Virus record (IMG/VR): IMGVR_UViG_3300009687_000008
Location: 9,144-73,143 of that record
Strand: one strand, 5' to 3'
Length of the DNA stretch: 64,000 nucleotides
Origin: a virus
Taxonomy: Duplodnaviria > Caudoviricetes
Shown one piece after another: positions 54,147 through 64,000 of the stretch (positions are counted from its first letter, which is position 1; the number at the start of each line of letters is the position of its first letter). The position numbers and the translations under genes are program-made. The notes below the pieces were generated by a model, which made no database searches, was not told the DNA's origin, and was given only the letters and a program-made list of their open reading frames with translations.

Positions 54147-57100
54147 GCTAAATTATCCCACCTATTTATAGCTGTGTTAAATATTGATTTTTTATTATCA
54201 TATGTTTCACCACCTATTTTAACTGTGTCGTGGAAATCCGCCCAAGTTTTAGTACTATCTTTATAAATTTTAGTTTTAGCAGCAACACCACCATTTTTAT
54301 CTTCTAAACCTGGGGACCACCATTTTTGTACATAAGTCGTAGTCCAACCATCGGGAGTACTACTATTAAATCCTTTAGCTTTAATTCTATCAATCATAAA
54401 ATCTAAGAATTTTTCATTATTCTCAAAAGAAGCGAAAGCTCGATATTGATTACCACTATCTTTTCTACAATATTGTGATGAAAAAAATGGGTATCTATTT
54501 TCAGTTCCAGTTCTTTCTTTATCCCCCCAATTACCGTCTGATTGAACGCCCGCGTAATTGTAATTACCCGAACTAATAAAAGCTGGTGTAGCCTTTTCTT
54601 CAGGTGTTGCTCCACAATTTTTGTTACTAGTATGACAAGCTTCTGCCCACAATATTGCGAATACTGATTTAGCTGTTGCCTCATCTGTGGCCTTACTTAG
54701 ATATTTTTTAGCATCTCTATATGTTAATAAAGTACGTTTATGTTCAGTCCAAGGAAGTTTAGGGTAAGAGGTTTTACATCTTTGATTTGATGAGGCTAAA
54801 CTATCATCTTGTGCATTATCAGAACCTTCAACACCACTACCTTTTGTTGGACTCGTAAAACCAATATCTAATCCACCGTGATAGTAAGTACCTTTCACAG
54901 GATCTTTTCTATACATATAACTACTAATTCTAGGTAAATTCTCACTAGATACAGGGTTACCGAAATCTTTCAACTCAGGAGCGATTGAAGGTCTTAGATT
55001 ATATCCGTCTGGTGATATACTTGTGTCACCATTAGGATTTTTTGCTGATTTATATTTATCAGCTGAAGCAGGGAAATCATTAACACCTTTTATAGATTTA
55101 TCCGCACCTAAATTTAATACTAATTGTGGGTCTATTTTGGCAATATAATCCCTTCCACCACCACCGGCCCATTTAGAATCTTTAGTTTTAACAACTATTA
55201 AATGTAAGTGTAAACCACCATTAAATTCTTTATTACCGTTAATATCGTAGTTAGGGAAAACAGCTGAACCAATAACTTGTCCTTTTTTAACTTTAGTATT
55301 TTTAACTATACCTTCAGCAGCATTACAGTGGCCGTAAACGTAGTAATAATAATTACCATCACTAAATGGGCTATCCCCACCGTTGAGTCCGTATCTAACA
55401 ATAATCCATCCTCCGTTAGGTGGTGCACCATATCCACCGGCAGCCCCCGTAACCATAACCACACCATCGTATGCTGATAATACTGGAGCGTAATCACCAC
55501 TACCACCACCAGTTTTTGTGGTACCATTACTTGTTCTACCACCAGTTTTTGTGGTACCATTACTTGTTCTACCACCCGTACTTGCATCTTTTATTGATTT
55601 TTTATTTTCAGATGCTTTAATTTCTTTAAGTGATAAGTTCATAGCTAAAGCCGCATCAGTAATAATAGGTACAGTAGCAATCGGTTGTCTAACACCTTTG
55701 AATGTTGTTGTGGCGTGATTAGGTTTAAAATTATGTCTAACCTCTGTAATTAAATAAGTACCGTTAAACATTGGTACCCCAAATAAATCGAAATAAGTCA
55801 TTGGTTGAATCATAACATTACCGAAAGATTCAACTTGACAAGTATATGAACGAGTTAAATAAACATTATGTAAATTTTGACCTTTTGACGTTTGGTCACT
55901 ACCACCTTGTTTTGATAACTTATCGATAACTAATAAAGACTCACCCGTTTCAGAGAATTCTGCCTGATCTAATTGTATATTTTTGAAATGATTTTGATTT
56001 TCTAAACCATAAACAATTCTAAAAGCCGTTACACCTGGGTCCGCATTACCTGGTTGTCTAAACTCATCAGGTGTATTTCTACCCGTACTCAAATCAAAAC
56101 CGTCATCACTTAACGCGTTGAAATCAATCGGACAGTTAACCTTGGCCCCGAAATTATTAATATTCAATACCCTAGAATTTCCGCCAACATACATAGATAA
56201 GAATAGAGGACCACAACTAACGTCTTTCATACTCATAGTAGGTCTGAACATATCTAATAAATCCTCAGTCTTCATACCATTGGTACCGAAGTTAATGTAA
56301 GATGGTAGTGGGAAGAATAAGTAATTATTCTCGGTTAAAACATCAGATAAATACTGATATAAACTTATTTTAAGGTTATCTTTTAGTTCGTTTAATTTTG
56401 TAATATCAATAACAGCGTCATCACCAATATCAACCATTGTTCTACTTACGTATTGGAAGTGTGTAGCTAAAGTGGATTTACCATTTTTACCCACAGTTTC
56501 AATACCACTTGATTTATTACAGTAACTATCTCCAGAACCTTCCGTAACATTAAAGAATGTTTTTCCATTAGCATCTGTAGATAACCACTTATCAGCCATT
56601 GATTTGAATGTTCTATATAATGATAATTTAACATCATCATCTTCCAATAAGGTTTGACCGATGGCTTCACTACCACCCTTATCAGCCTGTTCTTTATTTA
56701 ATTCTTCAACCCTCTTAGGTAAAATTTCGTTATATTCTATTTTAAAGGCATTTAAATAAGAATCAAACATTTCTTTATCAATTAAGAAATAGTTTTTATT
56801 ACTACTACTAAAAATAGATTCACCCATACCCAACCACATTTTAGGTGTTGAATTTATGATGACATATTTTTCACCCAATAATTTATCCCTAACAGAAGTT
56901 CTATCATCTTTTAATTCAAATAAAGCGTCTTGAGTAGGTAGATTAATCTTAGGTTCATCTTTTTCTTTTTTAACCATATAGTTATCAACCATCTTATTAG
57001 ATAGATTAAAATTAGCTGTATCAACTATAGGTAAAATGTCTTCAACCCATTCATTAACCACCCAATCTTCGAATACCCTAACAAACTCTTCTTTAACTTG

Positions 57101-60100
57101 GTCTGGTAGGTTCATCATTATATAACCTAAATTACTATCTTTAGTTAAACTTCTACCGTAAGAAGATAACTCATCGGTAATTGTATTACCCAACCTCGTT
57201 ATTGGCATCATAGTTTGATAGTCTATCATAGGTGCTGAACGTTCAGTTAATATGGTAAAATAAGCTGCATCATTTTCATCGTCATCAGCACCAGAATTAG
57301 CACAAATAGCTATTGGGTGTATGTAAGGTATGTGGTGTGGTGCAATCCATAATTGTGGCCAACCATAAGAGTTGGACCATTCTTCAGCGGTAGATGAAAT
57401 TGATGTGAAGCCAAACCTATTTTGTCCACTTAGATAGACATTAGAACCGAGATTAGTTTTATCTTCTATTCTTTTAGGTGGGTTTGATCCTTCAACTAAA
57501 CTTATATCATTTTGATAAATTTGATAGTAATCAAATGCAAATCTAGAATTCCAAAATGATTCATTTTCATTTTTAGCGAGAGCATCTTCACGATCTGTAT
57601 ATCCTTCAGATCTAAACACACTTATTTGTACGTTATTGGTACCTAATGCGGTTGTGTCGTATATATTTCTTAAATAATTAACAATCTGATTTCTTGGTAC
57701 GTCAGTTCTAATATCATTAGGGTCTAAAGTATTAAAACCTGGTTGTGATAAAGGATCAAATCCGTTTGGTATTTCTCCATTAAGTGGGTTGTTCCATTTA
57801 CCGTTAGAATTTTTACCAACAAAACATTTCCATCGCCAAAAAATAGCCCCCATAGCTAAAACCCAAGCTTTAGGTGCTCTAACAATTCCTGCTGCTGAAT
57901 TAAAAACTTTAATAGAGTATGGGTTAACCATTCCCGCCTTACCTATCATATCCATATCGTCATCAGTTTCTCTAATGATTAAAGGTGTTGGTTTTAAACT
58001 TTGTAAATATAAGTAAGCTAAATTTCTATTTTGAACATCATCGGAATTATAAGATGTACCCCACATTGTGTTAATTGGAGTATATCTTAATTCGGGTGTA
58101 GGTTTTTTAGTTGCCTTTCTAAATCTATTAACATTGTCTAACCAAAGTGGTGTCATCACAAGTGGTGAGGCTGCCGCAGCAGGACTTAAAAATCCAACAT
58201 CAGTTTTACCAAATCTATTAGCATCATTAAAATCAATAAAATTACTTAAATGTATTGCACCAGTATCATCTATATCCCCTTGATCATAACCAACATCACC
58301 ATAATCGAAAGCCAACCAATTACTCATACTACTTGGTGGTATTTGTTTACTGTCGTCACTAGTAAACCAAGAAGATGCGTCAGCACCCACACTGAAAAAT
58401 CCACTCTCAGAGTTTAGAGGGTCTAAAGTTATAAACAATCTGTCAGTAAAGAATGAAGGTGTTTGTTGTTTGTAGGTATCACCATCAATTTTTGCTGTAT
58501 TAACAGTTCCTTGTTGTGACTTAGAATCTATAAACTCCCAATCAGGATCGAATGATGATGGAATTTTTTCGGAGATAATTTTACCATAATCATCCATTTT
58601 TGTTTTAAACAAATCACTTTTGATTTCAATCGGTCTAGCTGACCTAGCATCTTCTTCTGTGAGTATCTTAAACAAATCTTTCACATCCATTTCATGTGGA
58701 TTTGGTTTGATTATGATAGGATCACCACCCAACACTCCTTTACCATTTAATCTAATACCATCTTCCGTTGGTTTGTAGGCATAAAATTTTCTATTAACAA
58801 GAACTGGTACTGTTATTTCTTGTAAATCACCATTCTTTTTAAGTTCATCTATTATTTTAGTTCTAAATGAATCTTCACTTTCGTCTTGAGTTGTAACCGC
58901 GTAAGCAACCTCAAATTTTTCTATAGTATTAATTAGGTTATTAGCATCTATTTGAGCTAATTTACGAATAAATGTTTCATTAATCGTATCATATTCTGTT
59001 GGTGATAATGGTGTTTCTATTAAAGGTGTTGTTGAAATTGTTCCTATACCTGGATAGTATATTCCTGTTGAATCGGATAATATTCTAGCGGGTTGTGAAT
59101 ATGAATGGTCTAAAGAAATAATTAATCTCTCACCTATTAACTTCCAAAAACCAGTACCATTACCTATTTCAGCATTATTTTGAACGTCTTTATATGACAA
59201 AAAATAATCATCATAATTTAAAGGAGTCTCTAATGGATTTATAGGTGCGTAATTATCAAAACCAGGTCTACCTTGTTTATCATCATTAAGGATATCTATA
59301 TCTTTTTTAAACTCTAAAAACGCATTTATAAAATCTTCAACAAATTTCACTTCAGGCCATAGAGGAAAATCTTCTCCAGGGTAGACTTCTTTTTTAGCAT
59401 TACCACCACTTGAACCGTTTGGTTTAATTTTCATATAAGTTGGCCATGAGAAAACCTTATAATTAGGCCCACTTAATATTTTTTCATTATCTTTCGGTGG
59501 TGGATTATCTATATGGTCTTGTTCGCCTCTTACTGACACACTTTTCAATATTTCCATGAAAGCATCACAATTACATAATATAACCGTAAATATGTTTCTA
59601 ATACTCGGTTTAAACCCAACTACCGTGGTTATTTTTTCGTTAATACTTTCAATAACAGTATTTCTTCTACCATCAATTTCTTTATCAATGGCATCCATAT
59701 CATTCTCAATAGATTCTTTTATTAAACCCAAATCTATCCAATAAAGGGTACCATTATTTATCCCACCCTGTGGATAAGCAGAATCTAAAAGTCCGTTTTG
59801 GAATTTATCTTTAAACTTCTTTTCAAGTACGTTATAAATTAATTTAGAACCCTCAGTTTCAGATAATTGTTCATTAGTTGCGTTTGTTAATAAAGAGTCT
59901 TGATAACCATTAATAATATCAAAACCTTTTATATTATCTTTAATAACCAAACCTTTAATGGTTTTGATTGTTATAGGTAATAACCCTTTGGTTTTATCAA
60001 AATATGTGGATAATAATGTTTTAACTTTATCAACTAATTGTGTGTTAACATTATTTTCTGTTATATTAGGTATAGAAAATTTTAAATCATATGTTCTGTT

Positions 60101-61156
60101 ACCAGTTGTAGAACTACGTGTTGGGTTTGTATCTCCTAGAGCTTCCCTCATTTTTCTCTCTAAATCATTTAAATGGTTTAGATATTGTTGGTTGAGGTCC
60201 TTTAGTTTGATTATATTATCTAGTTCAGTAAATTCAGTAGAACCTTTTATATCGGGTAACGTATTTTTACTTAAAAGATCATTATCTGTTAAAAAATCTT
60301 TTATGGTTTTACATCTAGTTGTACCGTCAGCATTTTGGACGTTACAAAATGGGTTAGGAGTTCCGTTTGGGATAAATCCAGAATCTATATAATAATTCCA
60401 AGTATCTTCATATTTTTGTTTTAAAATAGCTTGTGGTCTATAAAGACCTTCATCCAAGTATTGAGCTGCTGAAGCATAACTAACCATAACATCGGATAGG
60501 AATCCAAATGTCCAACCAATAAACTCACCTCTACATTCAATATTACCTGTATCAGAGTTAAACTTAGAGTTAAATTTTACCAAGTTTAAATAATAGGTGG
60601 CTGGTCTACCATAATATCCTTTAAGTGTTAAAGTAAAAACGGGGTATGGTAAGTTAAAAAACAAACCATATGGTGAACAAGAACCTTGTTCCATTAATGT
60701 AGCCCCTCTTACATCGATAAAATCTATAACAACTTTAGGGTTAGTTTGTGATTTAACTTCAATGTCAATATTTGTGATACCGAAACCCTCGAAATCTTTA
60801 CCTAAATCATTCTCTTTGAAGGGAGAACCCCCAATTTCAGTCCATTGTGTAGATAAAGCTGCAACATTACTAAATAACTTAGAACCATCTACCATCTCCG
60901 TAGTTTGTTGTGGTACGGTTAAATCAATGGTGTTACGTATAAAGTTTTCTATTTTAATACCACCATTATTATCTGATTGTGTAAGTAATGTTTTACTTCT
61001 CTGATTAGCTTTTAAACTAACATAGATAAATAAATCTTCGTGTGGTACAATTTGTGCCAACGGATTTGGATCAATGATTCTAACTTTACCATCAACACCA
61101 TTATTCGACCAAATGACTGGTTCATAGTCACTCTTTAAAGGATTGTTTTCACTCAT
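54143..61156 (-). CDS. Very large tail/baseplate-hub-like protein with C-terminal M23 peptidase and GH73-like domains
   Basis: 2337 aa. The N-terminus looks structural (FGITNIDIE...IDFIDVRG); the C-terminal region has YGHC/HLH/HGGLD M23 motifs and AILWAE...NYAGVQ...YRAFASFE. Confidence 0.7.
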   Translation of the reverse strand: MSENNPLKSDYEPVIWSNNGVDGKVRIIDPNPLAQIVPHEDLFIYVSLKANQRSKTLLTQSDNNGGIKIENFIRNTIDLTVPQQTTEMVDGSKLFSNVAALSTQWTEIGGSPFKENDLGKDFEGFGITNIDIEVKSQTNPKVVIDFIDVRGATLMEQGSCSPYGLFFNLPYPVFTLTLKGYYGRPATYYLNLVKFNSKFNSDTGNIECRGEFIGWTFGFLSDVMVSYASAAQYLDEGLYRPQAILKQKYEDTWNYYIDSGFIPNGTPNPFCNVQNADGTTRCKTIKDFLTDNDLLSKNTLPDIKGSTEFTELDNIIKLKDLNQQYLNHLNDLERKMREALGDTNPTRSSTTGNRTYDLKFSIPNITENNVNTQLVDKVKTLLSTYFDKTKGLLPITIKTIKGLVIKDNIKGFDIINGYQDSLLTNATNEQLSETEGSKLIYNVLEKKFKDKFQNGLLDSAYPQGGINNGTLYWIDLGLIKESIENDMDAIDKEIDGRRNTVIESINEKITTVVGFKPSIRNIFTVILCNCDAFMEILKSVSVRGEQDHIDNPPPKDNEKILSGPNYKVFSWPTYMKIKPNGSSGGNAKKEVYPGEDFPLWPEVKFVEDFINAFLEFKKDIDILNDDKQGRPGFDNYAPINPLETPLNYDDYFLSYKDVQNNAEIGNGTGFWKLIGERLIISLDHSYSQPARILSDSTGIYYPGIGTISTTPLIETPLSPTEYDTINETFIRKLAQIDANNLINTIEKFEVAYAVTTQDESEDSFRTKIIDELKKNGDLQEITVPVLVNRKFYAYKPTEDGIRLNGKGVLGGDPIIIKPNPHEMDVKDLFKILTEEDARSARPIEIKSDLFKTKMDDYGKIISEKIPSSFDPDWEFIDSKSQQGTVNTAKIDGDTYKQQTPSFFTDRLFITLDPLNSESGFFSVGADASSWFTSDDSKQIPPSSMSNWLAFDYGDVGYDQGDIDDTGAIHLSNFIDFNDANRFGKTDVGFLSPAAAASPLVMTPLWLDNVNRFRKATKKPTPELRYTPINTMWGTSYNSDDVQNRNLAYLYLQSLKPTPLIIRETDDDMDMIGKAGMVNPYSIKVFNSAAGIVRAPKAWVLAMGAIFWRWKCFVGKNSNGKWNNPLNGEIPNGFDPLSQPGFNTLDPNDIRTDVPRNQIVNYLRNIYDTTALGTNNVQISVFRSEGYTDREDALAKNENESFWNSRFAFDYYQIYQNDISLVEGSNPPKRIEDKTNLGSNVYLSGQNRFGFTSISSTAEEWSNSYGWPQLWIAPHHIPYIHPIAICANSGADDDENDAAYFTILTERSAPMIDYQTMMPITRLGNTITDELSSYGRSLTKDSNLGYIMMNLPDQVKEEFVRVFEDWVVNEWVEDILPIVDTANFNLSNKMVDNYMVKKEKDEPKINLPTQDALFELKDDRTSVRDKLLGEKYVIINSTPKMWLGMGESIFSSSNKNYFLIDKEMFDSYLNAFKIEYNEILPKRVEELNKEQADKGGSEAIGQTLLEDDDVKLSLYRTFKSMADKWLSTDANGKTFFNVTEGSGDSYCNKSSGIETVGKNGKSTLATHFQYVSRTMVDIGDDAVIDITKLNELKDNLKISLYQYLSDVLTENNYLFFPLPSYINFGTNGMKTEDLLDMFRPTMSMKDVSCGPLFLSMYVGGNSRVLNINNFGAKVNCPIDFNALSDDGFDLSTGRNTPDEFRQPGNADPGVTAFRIVYGLENQNHFKNIQLDQAEFSETGESLLVIDKLSKQGGSDQTSKGQNLHNVYLTRSYTCQVESFGNVMIQPMTYFDLFGVPMFNGTYLITEVRHNFKPNHATTTFKGVRQPIATVPIITDAALAMNLSLKEIKASENKKSIKDASTGGRTSNGTTKTGGRTSNGTTKTGGGSGDYAPVLSAYDGVVMVTGAAGGYGAPPNGGWIIVRYGLNGGDSPFSDGNYYYYVYGHCNAAEGIVKNTKVKKGQVIGSAVFPNYDINGNKEFNGGLHLHLIVVKTKDSKWAGGGGRDYIAKIDPQLVLNLGADKSIKGVNDFPASADKYKSAKNPNGDTSISPDGYNLRPSIAPELKDFGNPVSSENLPRISSYMYRKDPVKGTYYHGGLDIGFTSPTKGSGVEGSDNAQDDSLASSNQRCKTSYPKLPWTEHKRTLLTYRDAKKYLSKATDEATAKSVFAILWAEACHTSNKNCGATPEEKATPAFISSGNYNYAGVQSDGNWGDKERTGTENRYPFFSSQYCRKDSGNQYRAFASFENNEKFLDFMIDRIKAKGFNSSTPDGWTTTYVQKWWSPGLEDKNGGVAAKTKIYKDSTKTWADFHDTVKIGGETYDNKKSIFNTAINRWDNLA
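55505..55576. repeat. 33-bp in-frame tandem duplication
   Basis: ACCACCAGTTTTTGTGGTACCATTACTTGTTCT occurs twice (55505, 55538) followed by ACCACC. It encodes GGRTSNGTTKT x2. Confidence 0.95.
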
Positions 61157-61158
61157 TT

Positions 61159-61482
61159 TTAATCAATTCCGTATAACTTTATGTATGTATCAATACTTTG
61201 TTGATACTGTTGTAATGCTACAGTTAGTGGGAAAGGTATTCTTATTATAGAACCTTCTGGTATGTCAAATTCTAAACCACCAAATTGTGGGTTAGCTTGC
61301 ATAATTAACCAACCATAGTACGGTGTACCATAATATCGTTGTGATATAATGTCAAGTCTTAGTTTACTATTATACTCTATTGAAATATCTGTAGCATTAA
61401 CAGGTATTTTAATAAAAGGCATTACTTTAACTTGATTATTAATCTTAAAATTTTCGTATCTATCGTAATATTGTTTTGCCAT
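61159..61482 (-). CDS. LysM-like baseplate/tail protein (gpX/gp53-like)
   Basis: RLDIISQRYYGTPYYGWLIMQANP...IPEGSIIRIP. Confidence 0.75.
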   Translation of the reverse strand: MAKQYYDRYENFKINNQVKVMPFIKIPVNATDISIEYNSKLRLDIISQRYYGTPYYGWLIMQANPQFGGLEFDIPEGSIIRIPFPLTVALQQYQQSIDTYIKLYGID

Positions 61483-61483
61483 T

Positions 61484-64000
61484 TTATTCAGGTTTTAAGA
61501 TTGTTGTAACTTTTTCATGTTTTTCATCACCATCCTCAGTGAGAAGTAAATCCACACTCATTGCTCTACTATAATAACCATCCATTTGAGATTTTCTTGT
61601 TGTGTAAGTTATACTTCCTGAAGCGTTTGGTAATATTGGGTTTTGACTGAAATTAAAAGTTTCACAATCTACATTAATAGATGTAATGATTATAGGGTTT
61701 TTGGTTTTATTAACCACATTATATTTAACCACATATGGTACACCCTTCTTAACTGATGTGTTAATATTTGTTGTGGTCACACTACCATCCACATTAACTA
61801 CTATTTGTCCTACAGTTGTGTTGTTGGTTGGTGTTGTGGTAGGTGGTTTATTATCCGTAGTAGAAGACGATGTATCGTTAACTAAATCTTTGTTAGCCTC
61901 TTCATTTATCTTTTCTTTTTCCACATTAGTCGTTGTGTTTTCAGTTGTAGGATTTGTGATATTTGTTTGAGATTTCAATTCATCAGATAATGATTTATAT
62001 GTGTTGTCAGCGTCTTCTGGTGTTAAGAATGCACCATATACCACTTGAGCCGTACTTACAAATCCCTCTCTTTTAGCTAGATAATTTTCAACCAATTGGA
62101 ATGGTTGATAAACTCCTGTATTCGCGAAGAAGTTATATGATACAGCATTTTGTAATTGTTTTATAGGTCCACCTAATGAAGAACCACCAATAAATTTAAA
62201 GCTAATATCTACCTTAACAATCATTGGTTGTACTCCAATACCTTCAGGGTTTAAATCCCATTGTAAAGGATCGAAACTGAAGTTAACACTATCCATAATA
62301 ATCTTAGTATGGTAGAAATCACCAATTTTTAAAACACAAACAGGTGGTTTACCAAACACCATATTTTGTGGTGCTCTATAGTCCATCATTTGTGGTCCTT
62401 GTCTTGTACATTGTTGTAAGAAAGTGATTCTAGAGTTAAATCCTTCTGGCGTTATAGCGTGAAACGCTGGATGGAAGTTATCTAATTTCTCCACAAAAGA
62501 ATTATAAATAAATGGACTGTCTTTTTTAAGTTTTAAGAAATAATCACACTCACCAATATAATTTTTTGAAATACTTTCAGCAACAGCTTTTAACTCTTCT
62601 TGTTCTTTTCTTGCCTTTTCAAAAGCCTCATTTTGTTCATCGTTTATTTGTTTTTCAATATCAGCAGAGAAAACAGATGTTTTTTCTAACTTAATTTCAA
62701 CAAATCTAGATATCTTAGAGTTATATGAGTTTTCATTTTTACCGTTCGCGGTACAAGGGTCACCAGGTGCCTCAAATTTCCAATCCTCATCTTGGGTATC
62801 AGAAGGTGCTCCCGATTCCCCTTTAGTGTCAATAACCCATCTATTGTCATTATTGAATAAAGTATTTTCAGGTGGGTAAGATTTTGAATTAGGTGAATCA
62901 TCATACTTAGCAGGTCCACCATTTTGTGATTCTTTAGGTAACATTAAATCATACAAATATTTTTGAGCTGCCTGTGCTCTATCTTTACCCAATTTTTCAT
63001 TATAACTTGTTTTAGCTGTTCCTGAACAATAACCGTAAACTTTTATTGTATAGTTCTTACCATCAGGACTAACTAAAAATTCAGCCATCTTATCTAATTC
63101 AGCCTCAACACCTTCATTTAAACCTTTTCTTGTTTCACCACCACAAGTTAATGGACCAGTTTCATAACCATCACTAAATGGTATTCTTCTACCCTCCTGT
63201 GTTAAGTTTGGTGTTGTACACTTGTAATTAGGTTTTGTTCCACCACATTTATCATCTGTCCTAGCATTTGGGAAGTATATTTTTAACGAATCTTTAGGTG
63301 GTGATAAAGGGTCTTTTGGTGTAACAGGTTGTGGTTGTATAATACCTTTATTATCTTCTTTCTTAGGTTCTGGAGCTGTTTCTGGTAAATAATTTTTAAA
63401 TAAATCTTTAACATCACTACATCCTCCAAAGAATGAGTCAAATTTACCGTCGATTAAATCAAACTGTCCAACAAACTTCTCTTTAAAATTGTTTCTCAAT
63501 TCATTTAAAACTGAAGGGTGGTCAACAACAATACTAAAAGATAGTGAACCTGATCTTTCAGTGTGATTGTAAGTATAAATCGGTTCACCTCTACCTATAA
63601 AAGATGTTGTATCCCATGAAACAGATGTGTTATCTGAAAAATCTATGTTATACGGTGGGAACCACATAATTCTACCACCATTTGGTCCTTTCTCACATAG
63701 AGGTAAGTAAGCGTATTGTGGTGAATCTTTCCATGCTAAATTCTCAATAGAGAACATATAAGGTACTACATGTCTTGTAACCTCACCACCTAAATCTAAA
63801 CCAGCTATAGCTGCAGCTAACTTAGTGGAGGCAGCCATACTTGCTTCATTGTCACCACTATCCCAAGCTATCTTAGGTGTACCATTTTCGGTTAATATCA
63901 TATATTTTTGGTACTTCTCATCTATTCTCCACCAATTCTTTTCAGACCTAATCAAATCACTATATGTGTTGTAAGGTCTTCTAACTGACCAAGAACGACA
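61484..64000 (-). CDS. Tail/baseplate protein with inserted OmpA-like domain and C-terminal DUF1573-like Ig domain, 5' partial
   Basis: The frame is open to base 64000 (CRSWSVRRPYNTYSDLIRS...). RSGSLSFSIVVDHP; IYFPN...VYGYCS...YNEKLGKDRAQA...SRFVEI; C-terminal NKTKNPIIITSINVDC...PILPNASGSITY. Confidence 0.7.
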   Translation of the reverse strand, partial: CRSWSVRRPYNTYSDLIRSEKNWWRIDEKYQKYMILTENGTPKIAWDSGDNEASMAASTKLAAAIAGLDLGGEVTRHVVPYMFSIENLAWKDSPQYAYLPLCEKGPNGGRIMWFPPYNIDFSDNTSVSWDTTSFIGRGEPIYTYNHTERSGSLSFSIVVDHPSVLNELRNNFKEKFVGQFDLIDGKFDSFFGGCSDVKDLFKNYLPETAPEPKKEDNKGIIQPQPVTPKDPLSPPKDSLKIYFPNARTDDKCGGTKPNYKCTTPNLTQEGRRIPFSDGYETGPLTCGGETRKGLNEGVEAELDKMAEFLVSPDGKNYTIKVYGYCSGTAKTSYNEKLGKDRAQAAQKYLYDLMLPKESQNGGPAKYDDSPNSKSYPPENTLFNNDNRWVIDTKGESGAPSDTQDEDWKFEAPGDPCTANGKNENSYNSKISRFVEIKLEKTSVFSADIEKQINDEQNEAFEKARKEQEELKAVAESISKNYIGECDYFLKLKKDSPFIYNSFVEKLDNFHPAFHAITPEGFNSRITFLQQCTRQGPQMMDYRAPQNMVFGKPPVCVLKIGDFYHTKIIMDSVNFSFDPLQWDLNPEGIGVQPMIVKVDISFKFIGGSSLGGPIKQLQNAVSYNFFANTGVYQPFQLVENYLAKREGFVSTAQVVYGAFLTPEDADNTYKSLSDELKSQTNITNPTTENTTTNVEKEKINEEANKDLVNDTSSSTTDNKPPTTTPTNNTTVGQIVVNVDGSVTTTNINTSVKKGVPYVVKYNVVNKTKNPIIITSINVDCETFNFSQNPILPNASGSITYTTRKSQMDGYYSRAMSVDLLLTEDGDEKHEKVTTILKPE

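Noticed and set aside
55505-55576. CRISPR-like 33-bp repeats
   Set aside because: This is an adjacent in-frame duplication with no spacer.
794-62922. Numerous short antisense/overlapping ORFs in the track (e.g. 794-1093, 4153-6881, 41246-41875, 42934-45917, 54403-60392)
   Set aside because: They are shadows of well-supported genes on the other strand or frame, with Ser/Ile/Leu-biased composition and no motifs.
1-64000. Stop-codon reassignment as in Lak-type or some crAss-like phages
   Set aside because: Conserved genes up to 2337 aa are intact in the standard code, and TAA, TGA and TAG all occur as genuine ends.
1-64000. tRNA, rRNA or riboswitch genes
   Set aside because: Intergenic gaps are almost all under 120 bp and AT-rich. 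No cloverleaf or cobalamin-riboswitch-like sequence was recognised, including upstream of nrdJ.

Overview
This is an AT-rich 64 kb segment of a large myovirus-like (jumbo-type) bacteriophage genome, almost entirely coded on the minus strand in the standard genetic code. A Bacteroidota host is inferred from a Bacteroidota-type primary sigma-factor homologue, TAnnTTTG promoter elements, and SprB-like and DUF1573-like domains. Layout: (1) 1-17.9 kb, transcription, recombination and accessory genes (2OG-Fe(II) oxygenase, sigma70, OB-less ligase, SLOG protein, fragmented Mre11/Rad50, two DruA/DUF4338 proteins, thioredoxin, primase, RuvC-like). (2) 17.9-42.5 kb, a virion/baseplate/fibre module ending in gp6-like and gp25-like wedge genes. 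(3) 42.5-50.9 kb, replication genes (NrdJ, DnaB-like helicase, HNH, 5'-3' exonuclease, RecA/UvsX, gp32-like SSB). (4) 51-64 kb, a head-associated-like protein and very large tail/baseplate proteins with peptidoglycan-related domains. Most notable: an accessory cluster at 9.0-12.1 kb with two small proteins carrying a T4-gp23-like major-capsid motif and an ATPase-only terminase fragment, four of whose genes share a basic C-terminal peptide (possible decoy/mimic module); an Mre11-Rad50 locus in three pieces; a circularly permuted M23 peptidase; and an A_AAA_AAC -1 frameshift candidate. All family assignments come from motif recognition by eye, with no database searches run. No tRNA, rRNA or CRISPR array was recognised.
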